This document shows, piece after piece, positions 10,189 to 22,500 of a stretch of 64,000 bases of DNA (its first letter is position 1; every line of letters begins with the position of its first letter). Source of the stretch: Hyaloraphidium curvatum SAG 235-1 (taxonomy: Eukaryota; Fungi; Monoblepharomycota); the NCBI GenBank assembly GCA_025558095.1, contig JAIVFI010000008.1:496001-560000 (forward strand). Reading direction: 5' to 3'. The position numbers were made by a program, and so were the translations under genes. Under the pieces are notes generated by a model, which saw only the letters and a program-made list of their open reading frames with translations, searched no databases and was not told the origin of the DNA.

Positions 10189-13100
10189 ATGGTCGTGATC
10201 GAGGAAGTCGGTGTTGGTGGCAGCAAACGATCCGCTGGCGAAGACCCAGACTCCCACCCCACAAAGCGCGTGCTGGTTGACGACGCCGACTCCCCCGAAG
10301 ACGACGCCGATGCGGAGGAGGAGGAGGTTGTGCTGCCCGATGACGGGCCCGGTGCCCTCGGCGCCTTTTTCCGATTCCTCAACGAGCGGAGTTCGTCCGT
10401 TCGCCCCGGTCTCGAGACCACACACATGTCGATGCGGAACGGTGCCTACGTCATTTCCGCGGACGAGTGGCTCCTCTACACGGAGTTGATGCACAAGGCC
10501 ATGCCCGCCACGCTCTCCGCGCCGCCCACCTACCAGATTCACCTGGTCGAAAAGGTTCCCAGCAAGGGCCCTTTCCGCATCTTCCTGGACATCGACGGCA
10601 CACCCGAGATCTTTTCGGCGCTGGGCGAAGTCGTGGGCGACGTGTTTTCTTGGATCGAGGCCACGGCCGAAGCGGTGCTGGTGGCGCGGGGGTTCGACAT
10701 TTCGGGTCGCATTCCCTCGGATCGCAGGCCTTACAAGATCCATCTGCGCTACCCCAAAGCCATCACGGACAAGGCTTCCTTTTTGACGTTGGTCGACGAG
10801 ATCCGTTCCAAGCTCATCGCTTCCTTTGTCGACAAGGGCGGCGTCATCAGGAACGGATTTCCCGACTTCAAGAAGCTCTTGGATTGCCCGACCGGTGAGC
10901 GATGACCATGTGGACTGTCGTTATTCGTTTGCTCAATTTTTCGAGGTCTCAGGTCTCCGTCCGCTGGGTTCGCTCAAGTGGGACAGGGATCGCCGCACGT
11001 GCGACATTGACGAGTACTACCGCGTTTGGGGAGAGGAAAACGGGAGGCTCGGCAAGACGGATTGGACACTCGAGCTTTACAGAGCCGCCTCGATCTTGCC
11101 CGACCGCCGCGATCCCGCCCAACTGGCCGCATGTCTCGAGATCGAAAATCGCGTTCCCGTGGCGGCGGTGGCGGTCGGTCCGCTGGACATTCCGAGAGTT
11201 GTTTCCGGTGGCTCTTACAACGCAACGCACTTCTCCGGGGGCAAGTACAAGATTCCGGGCGATCCCGTGTGGAGGCGCCGTTACGCCGAACGGCTCGTCG
11301 AGGCGGTCAAGTCGGGAGAGACCCTGCCCGACGTGCTCGCCCTTTCGGAAAGGCTCGACCTCGGCGCCCTGGGGCGTTTCATCGTCGACATCGACGTGTG
11401 CAGCCACGAACTCCCCGCTCCAGAGTTCCAAGAGACGCTTGCCGACGCGGTGTCCCGGGGGTTTGCTGATTGGGCCGGCCGTTACGGGGTGACCGGTGCA
11501 GACGCCGTCTTTGTCGAAGTCAACGATCGGTTCCCTTACAAGATGCACTTTCGGTTCCCCGAGACGCTCCTGGACTGCAATCAGATGCGTTCTGCCGCGT
11601 CCCACATCGACGGAGCGCTCGGTCTCGCAACATCTTTGGCGCCCTCCTGCGATACGGGCATCTACGTGGGAGGTGTTCACCTGCGCGCACTTTACCACCG
11701 GAAGCACGCAGAAACCGACGGGCGTTATGTTCCTTGGCGATCGGAGCTCACCGTCGAGCGGGTTTTGGGCAGTTTCATCGCTCCCTCGGACGACGTGGAT
11801 CTCTCCGCCGCTACTGCCGTGAGAGACCGGATGGTTGCAACGGGAGTCATTCCTGCATTCGTCGGAGGAGGAGGAGGAGGCGGCACCTGGTCGCTCGTGA
11901 CCGACCCGGTGATACGGGAGGTGGTTGCGAAGCTCTTTCCTCCGGACAGACTGGCCGCCGCGCTCGGCTGTTCCGCTTCCGTCAACCGCTACAACATCAA
12001 GCGCCGCGAATCCAAGTACTTGGTATTTCTGGATTCGGGAGGCGTGTGCCCGTCGCAGCAACGCAAGAACAGCAAGGACCGGCACCGCGCGTACCATCAA
12101 TGCCTCCGCATCCAGTTTGGCCCGACCCTCCGGAGCTGCTTTGTGCGGTGCAGCGCACCCGACACCTGGGACTACACCTACCAGGTGGTTCCGGCCCTGG
12201 AATCCGTCACGCAGCAGGAGCTTGGCCGTCTCTTCCCGGAAAACAGCTCTGTTTTGCTGGAAATGTCGCAGGACGAGCGCAGGGAGGCGGTGGATGTTGC
12301 GCGGAAGCACCTGGCGCGGTTCAACGATCTCGCGTTGGAGGCGGGCGTCGTAGTCGTCTCCAAGCTCGACGTCGGCAACGGTGCGATCTACCGGGTCGGA
12401 TTCGCAGACATCGAAGGGCACGTCGAAATCTCGCGCGACCAAGTCGTTCTTAAACAGCCACCTGCCGCCGACCGATCGCGGCCGCTTTCCGACTCGGCGA
12501 GAGGCAGACTTTTCGGCGGACCGGTCGTAGCCTTATCGGAAGGGCGCATGGACGAAGACATCAAGTCGCAGGTCGAGAAACTCATCGTCGGCAATGCACC
12601 CGGGATCGACTCGGTGGACTCGATGATCATCGATCGAAGCCCTGTCAGCGGCCGCAAGCGTGTGAAGGGGGGCATTGCTCGCTATTTTGGCAGCGATGTT
12701 TGCGTCGACTGCAAGGTCGGGCGCTGGATTGCCGTCGCAGGATCGCTCGGCCTCGTGTTTCGTTGCGACCAGGAGTCATGCCAATTCCACCATCCAACGG
12801 CACCCATCGCGCTTCCGGGCGGGCTCAGTCAGATCTTCAACATCAACATCAACATCGACAACCGCGGGAGGACCACGGAAACGACCCCGTTGCCGATTCG
12901 TGACCTGGATCTCTTTGATTTCGTTCCTGGTCCTTTCGACACGCTGAGGAAGGACGTGGTGGCGGCCAAACACGACCCGGAGAAGGGCTCGCAGGACCAG
13001 CCCGAGCTCGTCAAGTACCTGAACCACTACATGTGCCGCCTCACGATGAAGCCGACCGAGACGTTCTACTTCCGGCGCTTCCCGTCGGCTCCATGGATGG

Positions 13101-14518
13101 AGAGAGCCAGCCGCAACCTGGTTCAGGCCGACCTGAGACCCTACTTTCCCGTGGTGCCGACGCGCAAGAATCCCGACGCCAAGGTCGACATTTTCGAAAT
13201 CTTCATGGACAGCGAGATTCGTCGCGAAGTGGACACGGTGGACTATGTCCCAAGCCGCGAGGGCGACTTTGACCGCACCCTGAACCTTTTCGGAGGTCTC
13301 GCCGGCAAAGTCCTGGACGAGGTGGTGAGGGAGGACGATCCTCGGATGCGGCTCACCATGAAGCACTTCAATGAGGTCATTTGCAGCATGGAGAAGTCGG
13401 AGGAGGGCGAGGTCACCAATGTGGCCGTGTTTGAGGACATCTCGCGGTGGTTGGCCTGGATCGTGCAGAAGCGGTCCAAGACGGGCGTGATGGTGTTGCT
13501 CTACGGGCAACCGGGTACGGGCAAGAACCTCTTTGCGGACTTTATCCGGATCGGTGTCATCGGACTGGCCAACTCGAGAGAGGTCGCCGGTGCGGATTTC
13601 GACCACCAAGTAGCGGGCCGGTTCAATTCTGGCGACAAGACCGCTCTTCTTACGGTTCTTAACGAGGTGCCCGCATCCACGGAGCGACGTGCCTACGACA
13701 AGGTCAAGTCCATCGTCACGGACGAACACCGTGTCGTTGAGACAAAGCACAAGAATCCCGAGGCGATCGTCGACCATCAAAGCATCATGGCCCTCTCCAA
13801 CCATCTCGACGCTGTCAACCCGACGAAACTGACACTTCGGCGCCTTTTTGCGACTGCTGTCTCCAACCGGTACTTGGGGAACACCAGTTACTTTACCGAT
13901 CTCAAGGCGGAGATGGAAACTGCCGATGCACGCGCTGCGTTCACGACTTGGCTATCCCAGATCGATTTGGAGGGGTGGCACCCGGATAAGATGCGGGCGA
14001 CAGAGTTGGTGCAAGCGATGGTCGCCGGCTCACAGTCGCCGCTCGAGGCATTTGCAACCTGGGTTCTGAATCTCGGCGCCGATGAATGGAAGGGCATCAA
14101 GTTCGAGAAGGGTCACGCTTTCAACATGCACGACCTCAAGAACACCCAATACAAGGGCGAATTCGAAAGCAAGCGGGGGGATGTGGGTGTGTGGCTCACA
14201 CGGAAGCGGTTGGAGACGCTGTGGGACACCTGGGGCGGCGTTCATGGGCTGCAAGACAAGTCGCAGCACCCCCACGGTGGCTTTGACGTGGTTTGTGGCG
14301 GTCGCGTCCCCTCCTACGGTGACATCACAAAGGCGTTCGGTCACGCGGTCGAGGTGCTGCCTCCCAAGCACGGTTTCAAGAAACTCACCGTTGAAAGCAA
14401 GAAGGTGCGATCCGACAAGCGCAGTAGCGACGCAATCTTCACGGGCGAGCGTTGGTCCATGATACCGCGCGCGGGGCTTTTCCGTCGCGATTACACGGAC
14501 GCGGTCGGGTCGGGTTGA
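10189..14518 (+). CDS. Primase-helicase: two tandem AEP/PrimPol domains, zinc ribbons, SF3 (D5/DUF5906-like) helicase and C-terminal domain; one intron 10895-10952
   Basis: AEP1: FRIFLDID, YKIHLRYP, GLRPLGSLK. AEP2: RFIVDID, YKMHFRFP, DTGIY..HLR. Walker A GQPGTGKN, Walker B-like TVLNEV, sensor MALSN. Removing a 58-nt GTGAGC...CTCAG intron joins the two ORFs in frame (about 1423 aa). Confidence 0.85.
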
Positions 14519-14530
14519 TGATGATGTTTT

Positions 14531-15252
14531 TTTCGGTGTACCATGGACTGTACTACTTCAAATGGCCATGTACCACGGTGTACTACTTGTACCGGTGTTC
14601 CGAGGGGTGTGGTGGTGGAAAGTCGGATGCGCCCGTGTACCATGACGTGTGCCACTTCACCCGCCCATGTACCACAGTGTACTACTTGTACCAGTGTTCC
14701 GAGGGGAGGGGGTGGGTGTGGGAGTGGGCGGATGGGCTTTGTGTCCGTGGACTTGACTGAGGGAGGATCGGGAAACGGGACAGGAGAGTTAGAAGCCACC
14801 GGAACCCCCCTCCCCCCTACTATCCACGCCACCCCTCGGAACACCGGTACAAGTAGTACACCGTGGTACATGGCCATTTGAAGTAGTACAATCCATGGTA
14901 CACCGAGAAATGAAACCCCGCCACACCGTCGTCCGACCGCCCAACCACCCTCGGAACACCGGTACAAGTAGTACACCGTGGTACATGGCCATTTGAAGTA
15001 GTACAATCCATGGTACACCGAGAAATGAAACCCCGCCACACCGTCGTCCGACCGCCCAACCACCCTCGGAACACCGGTACAAGTAGTACACCGTGGTACA
15101 TGGCCATTTGAAGTAGTACAATCCATGGTACACCGAGAAATGAAACCCCGCCACACCGTCGTCCGACCGCCCAACCACCCTCGGAACACCGGTACAAGTA
15201 GTACACCGTGGTACATGGCCATTTGAAGTAGTACAGTCCATGGTACACCGAG
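14531..15252. repeat. GTAC-rich 115-bp tandem repeat (about 3.7 copies, 14830-15252) facing two inverted copies (14531-14705); candidate replication origin
   Basis: The anchor TCGGAACACC recurs at 14836, 14951, 15066 and 15181. Its reverse complement begins directly after the primase-helicase stop codon. Confidence 0.9.
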
Positions 15253-16093
15253 GAATGGAGGTGGCCGCCCTGTCGGAAGAAATGCAGCGATCTCGTGATT
15301 TCGCCAAGTGCTTCGTGTCGGACGGCAAGCGCGTCGACTACCTGCCCAAAGCCCACGACCCGACCCAAGCCAAGGGGTCGCTCCCATACTACGTCTTCAA
15401 CGTCGCCAGGGGTTCAGGCCGGGCCAGCAGACCATCGAATCCATGATCTGAAACTGCGGTGGGAGAGCGTGGGCAAGGCTGTGGAAATCTTACCACTGCA
15501 TTTTGGCTGGCGGTCCATAAGCCGGTGGTAGAAATGGTAAGAATGGTAAACTTTTCCCCACCCTTTATAGAAAGTAGAAACATGAGTCATAGACGTTACA
15601 TTATAGTATGGGGGTAGGAGGCAGGCACCCCCACCGTTACCACTCTACCACGATGAGTCACTCCTTCTTAAACAAAGAACCACTCCACCGCCGCCGCAGT
15701 TTCGGCAACACGATCGTGGTGACACTTGTTGCGGTGACAGGGGTCTGTGGTGACAGGGACCGGTTGGCGCGTTGCACGATTCTGAGTGGTGATCTTCATC
15801 TTGGCTGGTTCGCGAACAAGAGGGCAGTCTTGAACCCACACCCGAATGCGTTCCATAGTTACGACGAAGCCTCGATCGAATCCGAGTCTGCCAAGGCACC
15901 GATGACGACGGTGCTGGAATAGCGCAGGGAAGGCCTTGGGGCGCTGGTGGAGAATCCTCGAATAGTTGGGTAGATTTTAGGACGCATGGAGGTTGACTAG
16001 CGAAGTGTGATATTGAACCGTTGGAACGTGTACACACTGTCCCCAAGTCCGACGTGCGGCCGCTCCCTTGCCAAGGAAATGTCTGTATCGGCA

Positions 16094-16552
16094 TCAATGT
16101 ATCGTATCGGCTTCACTGTGGCGCTGACACCGGCCTCGGGGGAAGTGTAACAGGAGGCAAGAGCGCCCCCCCCCGTTCGGGCTCACGGCCATGGCGTGCG
16201 TGGTGGCGGTGCGCTTGGAATCCAGCGGCGACAGCCAGTCTTTGCCTTCCTCAGTCTCGTCATCTTCGTAGCTTGCAGCGTAGTTGTCGTGGCACCGCCC
16301 ACACAACTGTCCTTGGGGCACGCCGTGGGCGCATACGTAATCGCCCAGGGCTGGCCGGTGTGCCTCTGGATACGCGGCCCCGAACAGCGTCGAGAAGACG
16401 TCGGCACCGTTGCGCGTGCGGCGTGGGAGGCAGCGTGCGGCCAGGATGGAGAAGTCCGAAGCGGCCGGTGGGGCCCCCTGAGACGGGCCGCTGGCGACAG
16501 AGCTCGTGCGGACCCAGTCGCTGCTGGACGCGGTAAGGGCGTTGAGCGACAT
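16094..16552 (-). CDS. Hypothetical protein (CxH...CxxC motif), possibly degraded
   Basis: 152-aa ATG ORF; VCAHGVPQGQLCGRC. Confidence 0.3.
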   Translation of the reverse strand: MSLNALTASSSDWVRTSSVASGPSQGAPPAASDFSILAARCLPRRTRNGADVFSTLFGAAYPEAHRPALGDYVCAHGVPQGQLCGRCHDNYAASYEDDETEEGKDWLSPLDSKRTATTHAMAVSPNGGGRSCLLLHFPRGRCQRHSEADTIH

Positions 16553-17414
16553 AGCAGTTCGAAGTAGTCGATGTGTCTTCGTAATGGAGGTTCCCGCCGA
16601 TGGGCGATCTCGATCCGAAATTGGTGCTCCTTGCTCTCGATAATCAGAACAGCATTACTGGTGCCAACGATGCATCACAAGGAGTCCCGTTGAGCACTTG
16701 GTGCTTTCCGGTCTATTTGGTGATGGTGGGATGCGTGCGATAGTAAGGAAAGGAGATCTCGTCTTGGCAGGCTTTCTTAGCTGTCAGCCACCAGCGCTCT
16801 CGCGAAGCTCTCATCGCCGATCAACGCCACCATGATGTCCAGCACTTCATATTAGACTATCAAAAGCCTCCCCCTGACCGAACGAATCAATGCGAGGAAT
16901 TGGGGAATTGCAACTTGCTTGGTGGCGGTCGAAAGGCAGTTCCGGGCCGGCGGGAACCGGATCTCTGCGACGTCAAAAACAAACTGCCAGCCTGCACGAG
17001 CCGAACATGCGATGGCTTGCTATCGGAAGACCACCGGCCAATACTCTGCCGCTCCGGCGTCTCACGGTGCTCTTCGGACCGCTCGGTCGAAAGTGCCGTC
17101 GGTGCCGCGGGACAACCACCCGGCCCGACTCAAAATAGTATTATGGGTGGTTTACGCGCCGCAGGACTCACGGTCAGAAAGTTTAGCATGTTTACGCAGC
17201 CGATGGCCGGGGACACGGCAAAGGCACTTCAACACAAGTTACAGGAGTCGCTTTGCTCGGGAACTCGATGACATTCTATGGATTTTATTGGCTTTGGAAT
17301 GAACGCGAAATCTTAGGATTCCCGACCGGCCAAAAGTCCAGGCCTGAGTTCCCCAGCGCCCCACCACCCCACCCACCTGAGTGTCCCCTATCCATCGTTC
17401 GACCCATCCTGGCG

Positions 17415-19608
17415 ATGACTCCGACCGCTGCCAACTTCGAAGCAGCCTTTGTTGCTGCGCTGGCGCCCGTACACCGTCTGCTTCGCCCGGAGACGTTCTC
17501 CGCCGCTCGCGCCTCGCCGCAGGGGCCGGAAAGCTCGCCCTTCCACCGCATATACAACTCTCCGCCCGTCGTCGCGGCGGCGCAATGGCTCGGTGCCCGC
17601 AGTCTCCGTGCGTCCGAGGCGGAAGCCCTTGAGGCTGCGTTCGACGAGCAAATCCGCCAATCCCTCTCCCGGGCCCCCACCGGCCACACCGAGGATGCCC
17701 TCGCGCTGCAACTCGCCGTTGTGCTCGCCCTCGTGTTCGTCGAGACCACGACGGTTCGGCCGGGCGCCTCGCGCAATCTGCTTGCCGTGCTGGTGGGACT
17801 TTGGCGGAGGCATCGAGTGCCGGGGGAGGCCGGTTCTCCTCCGAGGCTTGAGACCGTAGACGACCTGTTGGTCTGGCTACTATGGCTTGATTTGTTTTGG
17901 ACCGGCGTCGGCTTTTTGCTGTGGGTTCATGACTTCGCGCCCACTGTGCAGATAGATCTGAACCGGTTGTTTTCGCTCTGACAGTCTACTCTCGTCGCAG
18001 ACCAAGACTGAACCTGTCCTGGACCCCGCCGTCGAATTCCCCACAGTACCGGTGGGCTGCCATCACAGAAGTTTACCACGGCCCTCGGTGATGCGGCAGA
18101 ACGGTCCAATTCTCCCGATCAACCGGGAACTCTTCCTGCCATACGCGTGCGCCGATGTTTTCCGGTGGATGGACGCCGTCAACGAGCCTGGGGCTTCGGA
18201 GATGCTGCACCGTATGATTGGCGGGCTTCCAGAGGTCGGTTTTCCGCATCTAGAGATGCTCCTTCACGTCGCGTGCCTCGAGTACGGGCGTCAGGCAAGG
18301 TGGCTTGCCGATGAGACGGACATGTCTGCGATGGACGTGCTCGCTGCTGAGTACTCTGGTCGCATACCGGAAAACGCAAGGGCGCTGGCAAAACGCGCTT
18401 TGCAGCGCCGGACGCGATGGAGGGATGCCTTGAAGACTCTCGAGTCAGCCTTGCCGCGTCGAATAGCCACCGCCTTCCACAGCGGGAATCTTGCTGAGCT
18501 GCGCAAGTTGTTTGGCGATGGCTTTTCGCTACACGAAGCGGTAGGATTCCTCACTTATACGCAGATGCACATCATGCTGGGTGTCTCCCCCGAACCTTTC
18601 GCGAACCTTGTCGCCAGCAACCCTTTCCAGCTGCAGCAATCGACAACCGTCAGGTCGCATTCGGTGGATGACATGTCCTCTGTGGTTAGCGCGGACACCG
18701 GCGTAGATGCGCCGACAAACGGCGTCAACGGCACCGAACTCGATTGCTGGTTCTTGTCACCCAACCACACCGCCGCAACCCGCGCCGCCGAAGCCGTCTG
18801 CACCGGCATCCGCATCTTTCTGCGCAGCTCCACCCCAGAGCAAATAGCGAGGAGCGTTTACACCATCATCTTTTGCATCGCCGCAACTCACGTGTCTTGG
18901 ATCCGCCTTCTCGAGCTGCGCCAGTTCTGCAGGAACAGCGCCCTCTCGAACACCGATCTTGAGCGGTGCTCGGTGTTCCTGGCGGACCTCTCGCTATGCA
19001 CCACCATGCTCCGCGCCTCTGGGTTGCCCCATTGTACCGGAACAGCCGATCTGATTGCGGGTCTCCTGGACGGCGAGCGGACGGCCATCTCCCGCACCGA
19101 CCTCCTCGGCCTCCGGATGGCTCGCCTCGTAGTTCGAAAGTGCCCGCATGGGAATGGCCGAGAAGGGGGCTGCTGGGCCTGCGCAACTGAGATGCCCGAG
19201 CCACGTGCACAAGTGTTTCCTGGTAGCGTCTTTCCGGACGATACGCTGGCTGCCGGACTCGGCCCGTCGACTTCGAACTTCTGGCAGCGAGGGAGCGACG
19301 AGCTAACGGCGTGTGATGGGTCGCCGGTGCATCCGGTTTCGGAGCTGGAACCGAGATCGGGAAGAAACAAGTCCCGTGCCGTCACCTTCAGCCCAGATGT
19401 CGAAATAGGGGAAACGTACCACAAGGAAGATTATCGGACAAGATCGATGTTTGCCGACTGGGAGGAGCAGGAGGGCTTCGAAGCCTGCGAGGACGTGCGG
19501 TGCAGCAATTTGGCTGCGTGCGAGAACGCTGCTGCCACGCACATTGAGCTGCCGGACCTGAAGTTGTTTTGGCCCGCCGCCAATCGCACCACATCCCGCG
19601 TCATCTGA
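17415..19608 (+). CDS. Host-type, probably spliced gene with C-terminal PP1-docking-like motif
   Basis: Two successive long ORFs. RAVTFSPDVEIGETYHKEDYRTRS resembles the RVxF plus ETY..EDY.R motif of spinophilin/Bni4-type PP1 regulators. Exon structure not resolved. Confidence 0.5.
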
Positions 19609-19696
19609 ATACAACCCACACACGCGACAAACTTTCTCCGCACTGCTACGGAATCCGATCACTAGTTACCCGGATCGGAGTTTCTATAATCTATTT

Positions 19697-20803
19697 TTAC
19701 ACCTCTCCGGAAAACAGCTCATCGTAGGTCGACCCCGTGATTACTTCGTGGCAACCACAGAGCCTGTCCTCGCAGTAGTCTACAAAAAACACGTGCACGT
19801 CCAGGTTCGACGCCTCCACCCAGCCACTATCGTCCGAGAAGTACGTTTTGGGATCAAACTGGCGCATCCTCCACAATTTGCCGTCAAACGAAGCGATCTT
19901 GCCATCATTGCCGACACGGTCGTCGCCGATTTTCACGTACCCGACTCGCTTCAGACTGGGTCGCTGCTCCATCAGAGATGCGATGTCGGAGTAGCTGACG
20001 ATACCCCCACGGCCTGTCCTCATGTCGTGCGCCACCACGATGTCTTGGGCGTTTGGCAGCATCGCATCCTTGCACTCCATTAGACGCTCCTCCCACAGCG
20101 CATCGAAGCACAGAAGCGCCCTCTTTGCCGCCGGAAAACACGGGGTTGAATCCAGTACCGTACCCATGATGACTACCTCTTCGGCCTTGGAAAGCCAGCC
20201 CGAACAGAGGTCCGTCCAAATGAAATCGAGCAAGTCCAACAGTCCGTGCGGAGAATCGGTCGCCAAGAGAAAGGATGTCGGGAAGGGCGGGGTCGACATG
20301 TCGTGGAACCAAGAGACGCCTTCGTCGTCGTCGTCGAAGCATGTAGCATCGGCATCCGGTTCTGTGAAGATCTCCAACTTTTCCAGGGCGGGAGCAGCGG
20401 CTATGGTACGAGGGATGATGCGGTAGTAATCGTCGGAATGGTACTCGTTGTCGACGTTGATGCGCAGGAACTTCAAGCGAGGAAGCGGCGGGAGCGGAAT
20501 GTCCCAATCCCGGTGATCGCAAAGCTCAACCGTCAGAGACGTCAACAACAGTGACTGTGAATACTCGAAGTACGAGCGGGCTCGGGACGGAAGCGATGCA
20601 ATCTCGTACGCGGCCCCCGGACCCAAGTGATGGGCCAAGAACCGTGCAACCCTCGCGGAAAGGATGTCGACGTGGCGCCAGACATGTGAATCCATGGCGA
20701 TCCGTCGGAAGCGCCTTGAAACTGCGGCAACGGACATCACGAGATTCCGCTTGGGAAGGAGTCGGAGGATGCGAACCAGCAGCTCATCGGCGAGTGTGTC
20801 CAT
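19697..20803 (-). CDS. F-box/LRR-like protein
   Basis: MDTLADELLVRILRLLP...VAAVSRRFRRIAMDSHVWRHVD; TATATATA at 20843-20850. Confidence 0.85.
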   Translation of the reverse strand: MDTLADELLVRILRLLPKRNLVMSVAAVSRRFRRIAMDSHVWRHVDILSARVARFLAHHLGPGAAYEIASLPSRARSYFEYSQSLLLTSLTVELCDHRDWDIPLPPLPRLKFLRINVDNEYHSDDYYRIIPRTIAAAPALEKLEIFTEPDADATCFDDDDEGVSWFHDMSTPPFPTSFLLATDSPHGLLDLLDFIWTDLCSGWLSKAEEVVIMGTVLDSTPCFPAAKRALLCFDALWEERLMECKDAMLPNAQDIVVAHDMRTGRGGIVSYSDIASLMEQRPSLKRVGYVKIGDDRVGNDGKIASFDGKLWRMRQFDPKTYFSDDSGWVEASNLDVHVFFVDYCEDRLCGCHEVITGSTYDELFSGEV

Positions 20804-20865
20804 GATGACGAGGGGGGGGGCACACCCTTCCGACCCGTGCCCTATATATACTGCTGGACCCCCGG

Positions 20866-20932
20866 GGTGACACTTTCGTGGTGACACTTGCATGGTGACA
20901 CTTTCATGGTGGCACTTTCATGGTGACACTTC
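20866..20932 (-). promoter_or_regulatory. 14-bp array (5 copies, reverse orientation)
   Basis: Repeats of (A/G)TGGTGACACTTTC just upstream of the TATA box. Confidence 0.75.
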
Positions 20933-21143
20933 CACGGTCCATAAAGCCGCCCCACGGCCCGCTCCAACCAAACGGGACTTTTACAGCGGCTACATCGGGT
21001 CCCATGGTGACGCGGTCATTGTCGACGAAACGGTCGAGTGAGATCTCGACAGTGGTTCGCAAAACCAGCAGTCCTGGCAACCCAAAGTCGACATTGTACA
21101 ATCAGTCGTGTATTCTGATGTGAGAAAGGGTAGACTATATAGG

Positions 21144-22223
21144 CTATAGACCGGTCTTTGGCCTCAGGCCGACGTAGTTGACGCAGCGATGGGTACCCAA
21201 CCGCCGCTTTACCCGTCCCCGGAATACACCGGCAATCAATCGAGTCATGATATCGCCGAATTTCTTCTTGCTCAATGGATCGTCCGTGCCCGCGTTGAAT
21301 CCTTCCCACAGGACAGACGCTTGGACCTTTGACGCCTTGTCGCCCAAATCGTAGTTTGCCTCGATGAAGTCCAGGACCGGATTGCGTTTAGCAGTGGTGA
21401 TAGGAGCACTGGTGATAGGAGCAATGGTGACAGGAGAATTGGCGATGTCCGATGATGTCTTAGAAACGGCGATTGTCGCGCCGATCAAAGGATGAAGAGC
21501 TGCATGGCCCCCGAAATCCTCGACGTGGGTGCCGGCGATCTCGATGCACACCTCCCGTCGCATGGGAACAAAAATCATGCCGTCGTTGCCCAGTTTTCCC
21601 CGTTTTCCCTCCGCAGCCACGACTTTGGCTCCTGTCATCTGATCGACCACTTTTCCGATGGGTGCATTGAAATCGCCGCCGAGAACCAGCACGTCGACGT
21701 CCCCGTCCTTCATTGCGATCCCGCGATGCCAAAGAAAGGCCAACATGGGACCGTTGGGTCCGATGGGCAAGGTCGCGTTGAATCCGGGGCCTTTCCACCT
21801 CCCATGAAAAGACACCACGAGGAACTTGACGCCGTCGATCACACACTTGATGGACGCACTTCGAGTCATGGATGCGTCGATCGCCACACGGTCGGCGGGA
21901 ATGCCGAGCACGGAGCACGCCAAACGGAAATCGTGTAGTTCGGGAAGGGCGATCGCCGCCTCAATCCCCGTGCTGTCGACGCCGAGATGGGTGCATCGCT
22001 CTCCCAGTGAAATGGCCGCCTCGACGCCAACAACCGGCCTTACTTGGCCGCCCAACACCGTGTGCGCAAAGTAGGTTTCGTCTTTGAGCTCCTGCGTGAG
22101 CACGAGATCCGCTCCTTGCACGGAGGTCTTGATCCCCGCCAAGTGCTGAAACCAATCGACTGCGGAAAAGGAGCCATTCGGTCGTGGATTGACGGTGTAG
22201 ACGGTCACGGAAGAAGACGCCAT
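21144..22223 (-). CDS. EEP (endonuclease/exonuclease/phosphatase) domain fused to a D5-type C-terminal winged helix
   Basis: VYTVN, VLTQE, VSFHG, LGGDFNA and a terminal H motif. C-terminus PVLDFIEANY...ASVLWEGF...LSKKKFG...YVGLR. Confidence 0.7.
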   Translation of the reverse strand: MASSSVTVYTVNPRPNGSFSAVDWFQHLAGIKTSVQGADLVLTQELKDETYFAHTVLGGQVRPVVGVEAAISLGERCTHLGVDSTGIEAAIALPELHDFRLACSVLGIPADRVAIDASMTRSASIKCVIDGVKFLVVSFHGRWKGPGFNATLPIGPNGPMLAFLWHRGIAMKDGDVDVLVLGGDFNAPIGKVVDQMTGAKVVAAEGKRGKLGNDGMIFVPMRREVCIEIAGTHVEDFGGHAALHPLIGATIAVSKTSSDIANSPVTIAPITSAPITTAKRNPVLDFIEANYDLGDKASKVQASVLWEGFNAGTDDPLSKKKFGDIMTRLIAGVFRGRVKRRLGTHRCVNYVGLRPKTGL

Positions 22224-22334
22224 GGTGGTGTGCGATGGGGCCTGATTGAGGTGTCGGTGGGAAGTGATCATGCAACGAGGGCCGCGCCTCAAAACTCCCT
22301 GCTCGATCGCATCCGAAATCGTGGGGCCTTTGCA

Positions 22335-22445
22335 ATGACACTTCCATATTGACACTTTTGACAGTGACACTTTCGCGGTGACGGGTTCGTAGTGACAGGT
22401 TCGTAGTGACACTTTTGTGGTGACGGGTTCGGACTACAAAAAGCG
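22335..22445. promoter_or_regulatory. Degenerate 14-bp array (about 7 copies) in a divergent promoter
   Basis: GTGACAC and GTGACAGGTTC variants followed by the TATA variant TACAAAAA. Confidence 0.65.
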
Positions 22446-22500
22446 GGCCCACCGGTGCTTTTTCTGATCACTTGCCAGCCATCACCGACATCACACAACG

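Noticed and set aside
10949-13804. Long antisense ORFs (497 and 342 aa) opposite the primase-helicase
   Set aside because: Typical GC-rich shadow frames with no motifs.
14491-15387. ORFs of 179-298 aa across the 115-bp repeats
   Set aside because: The same peptides cycle through all three frames; this is an artefact of a stop-poor tandem repeat.
15480-15670. ATGGTA/TACCA micro-repeats and TGAGTCA sites as an element boundary
   Set aside because: Too short and degenerate to distinguish from chance or from an orphaned promoter.
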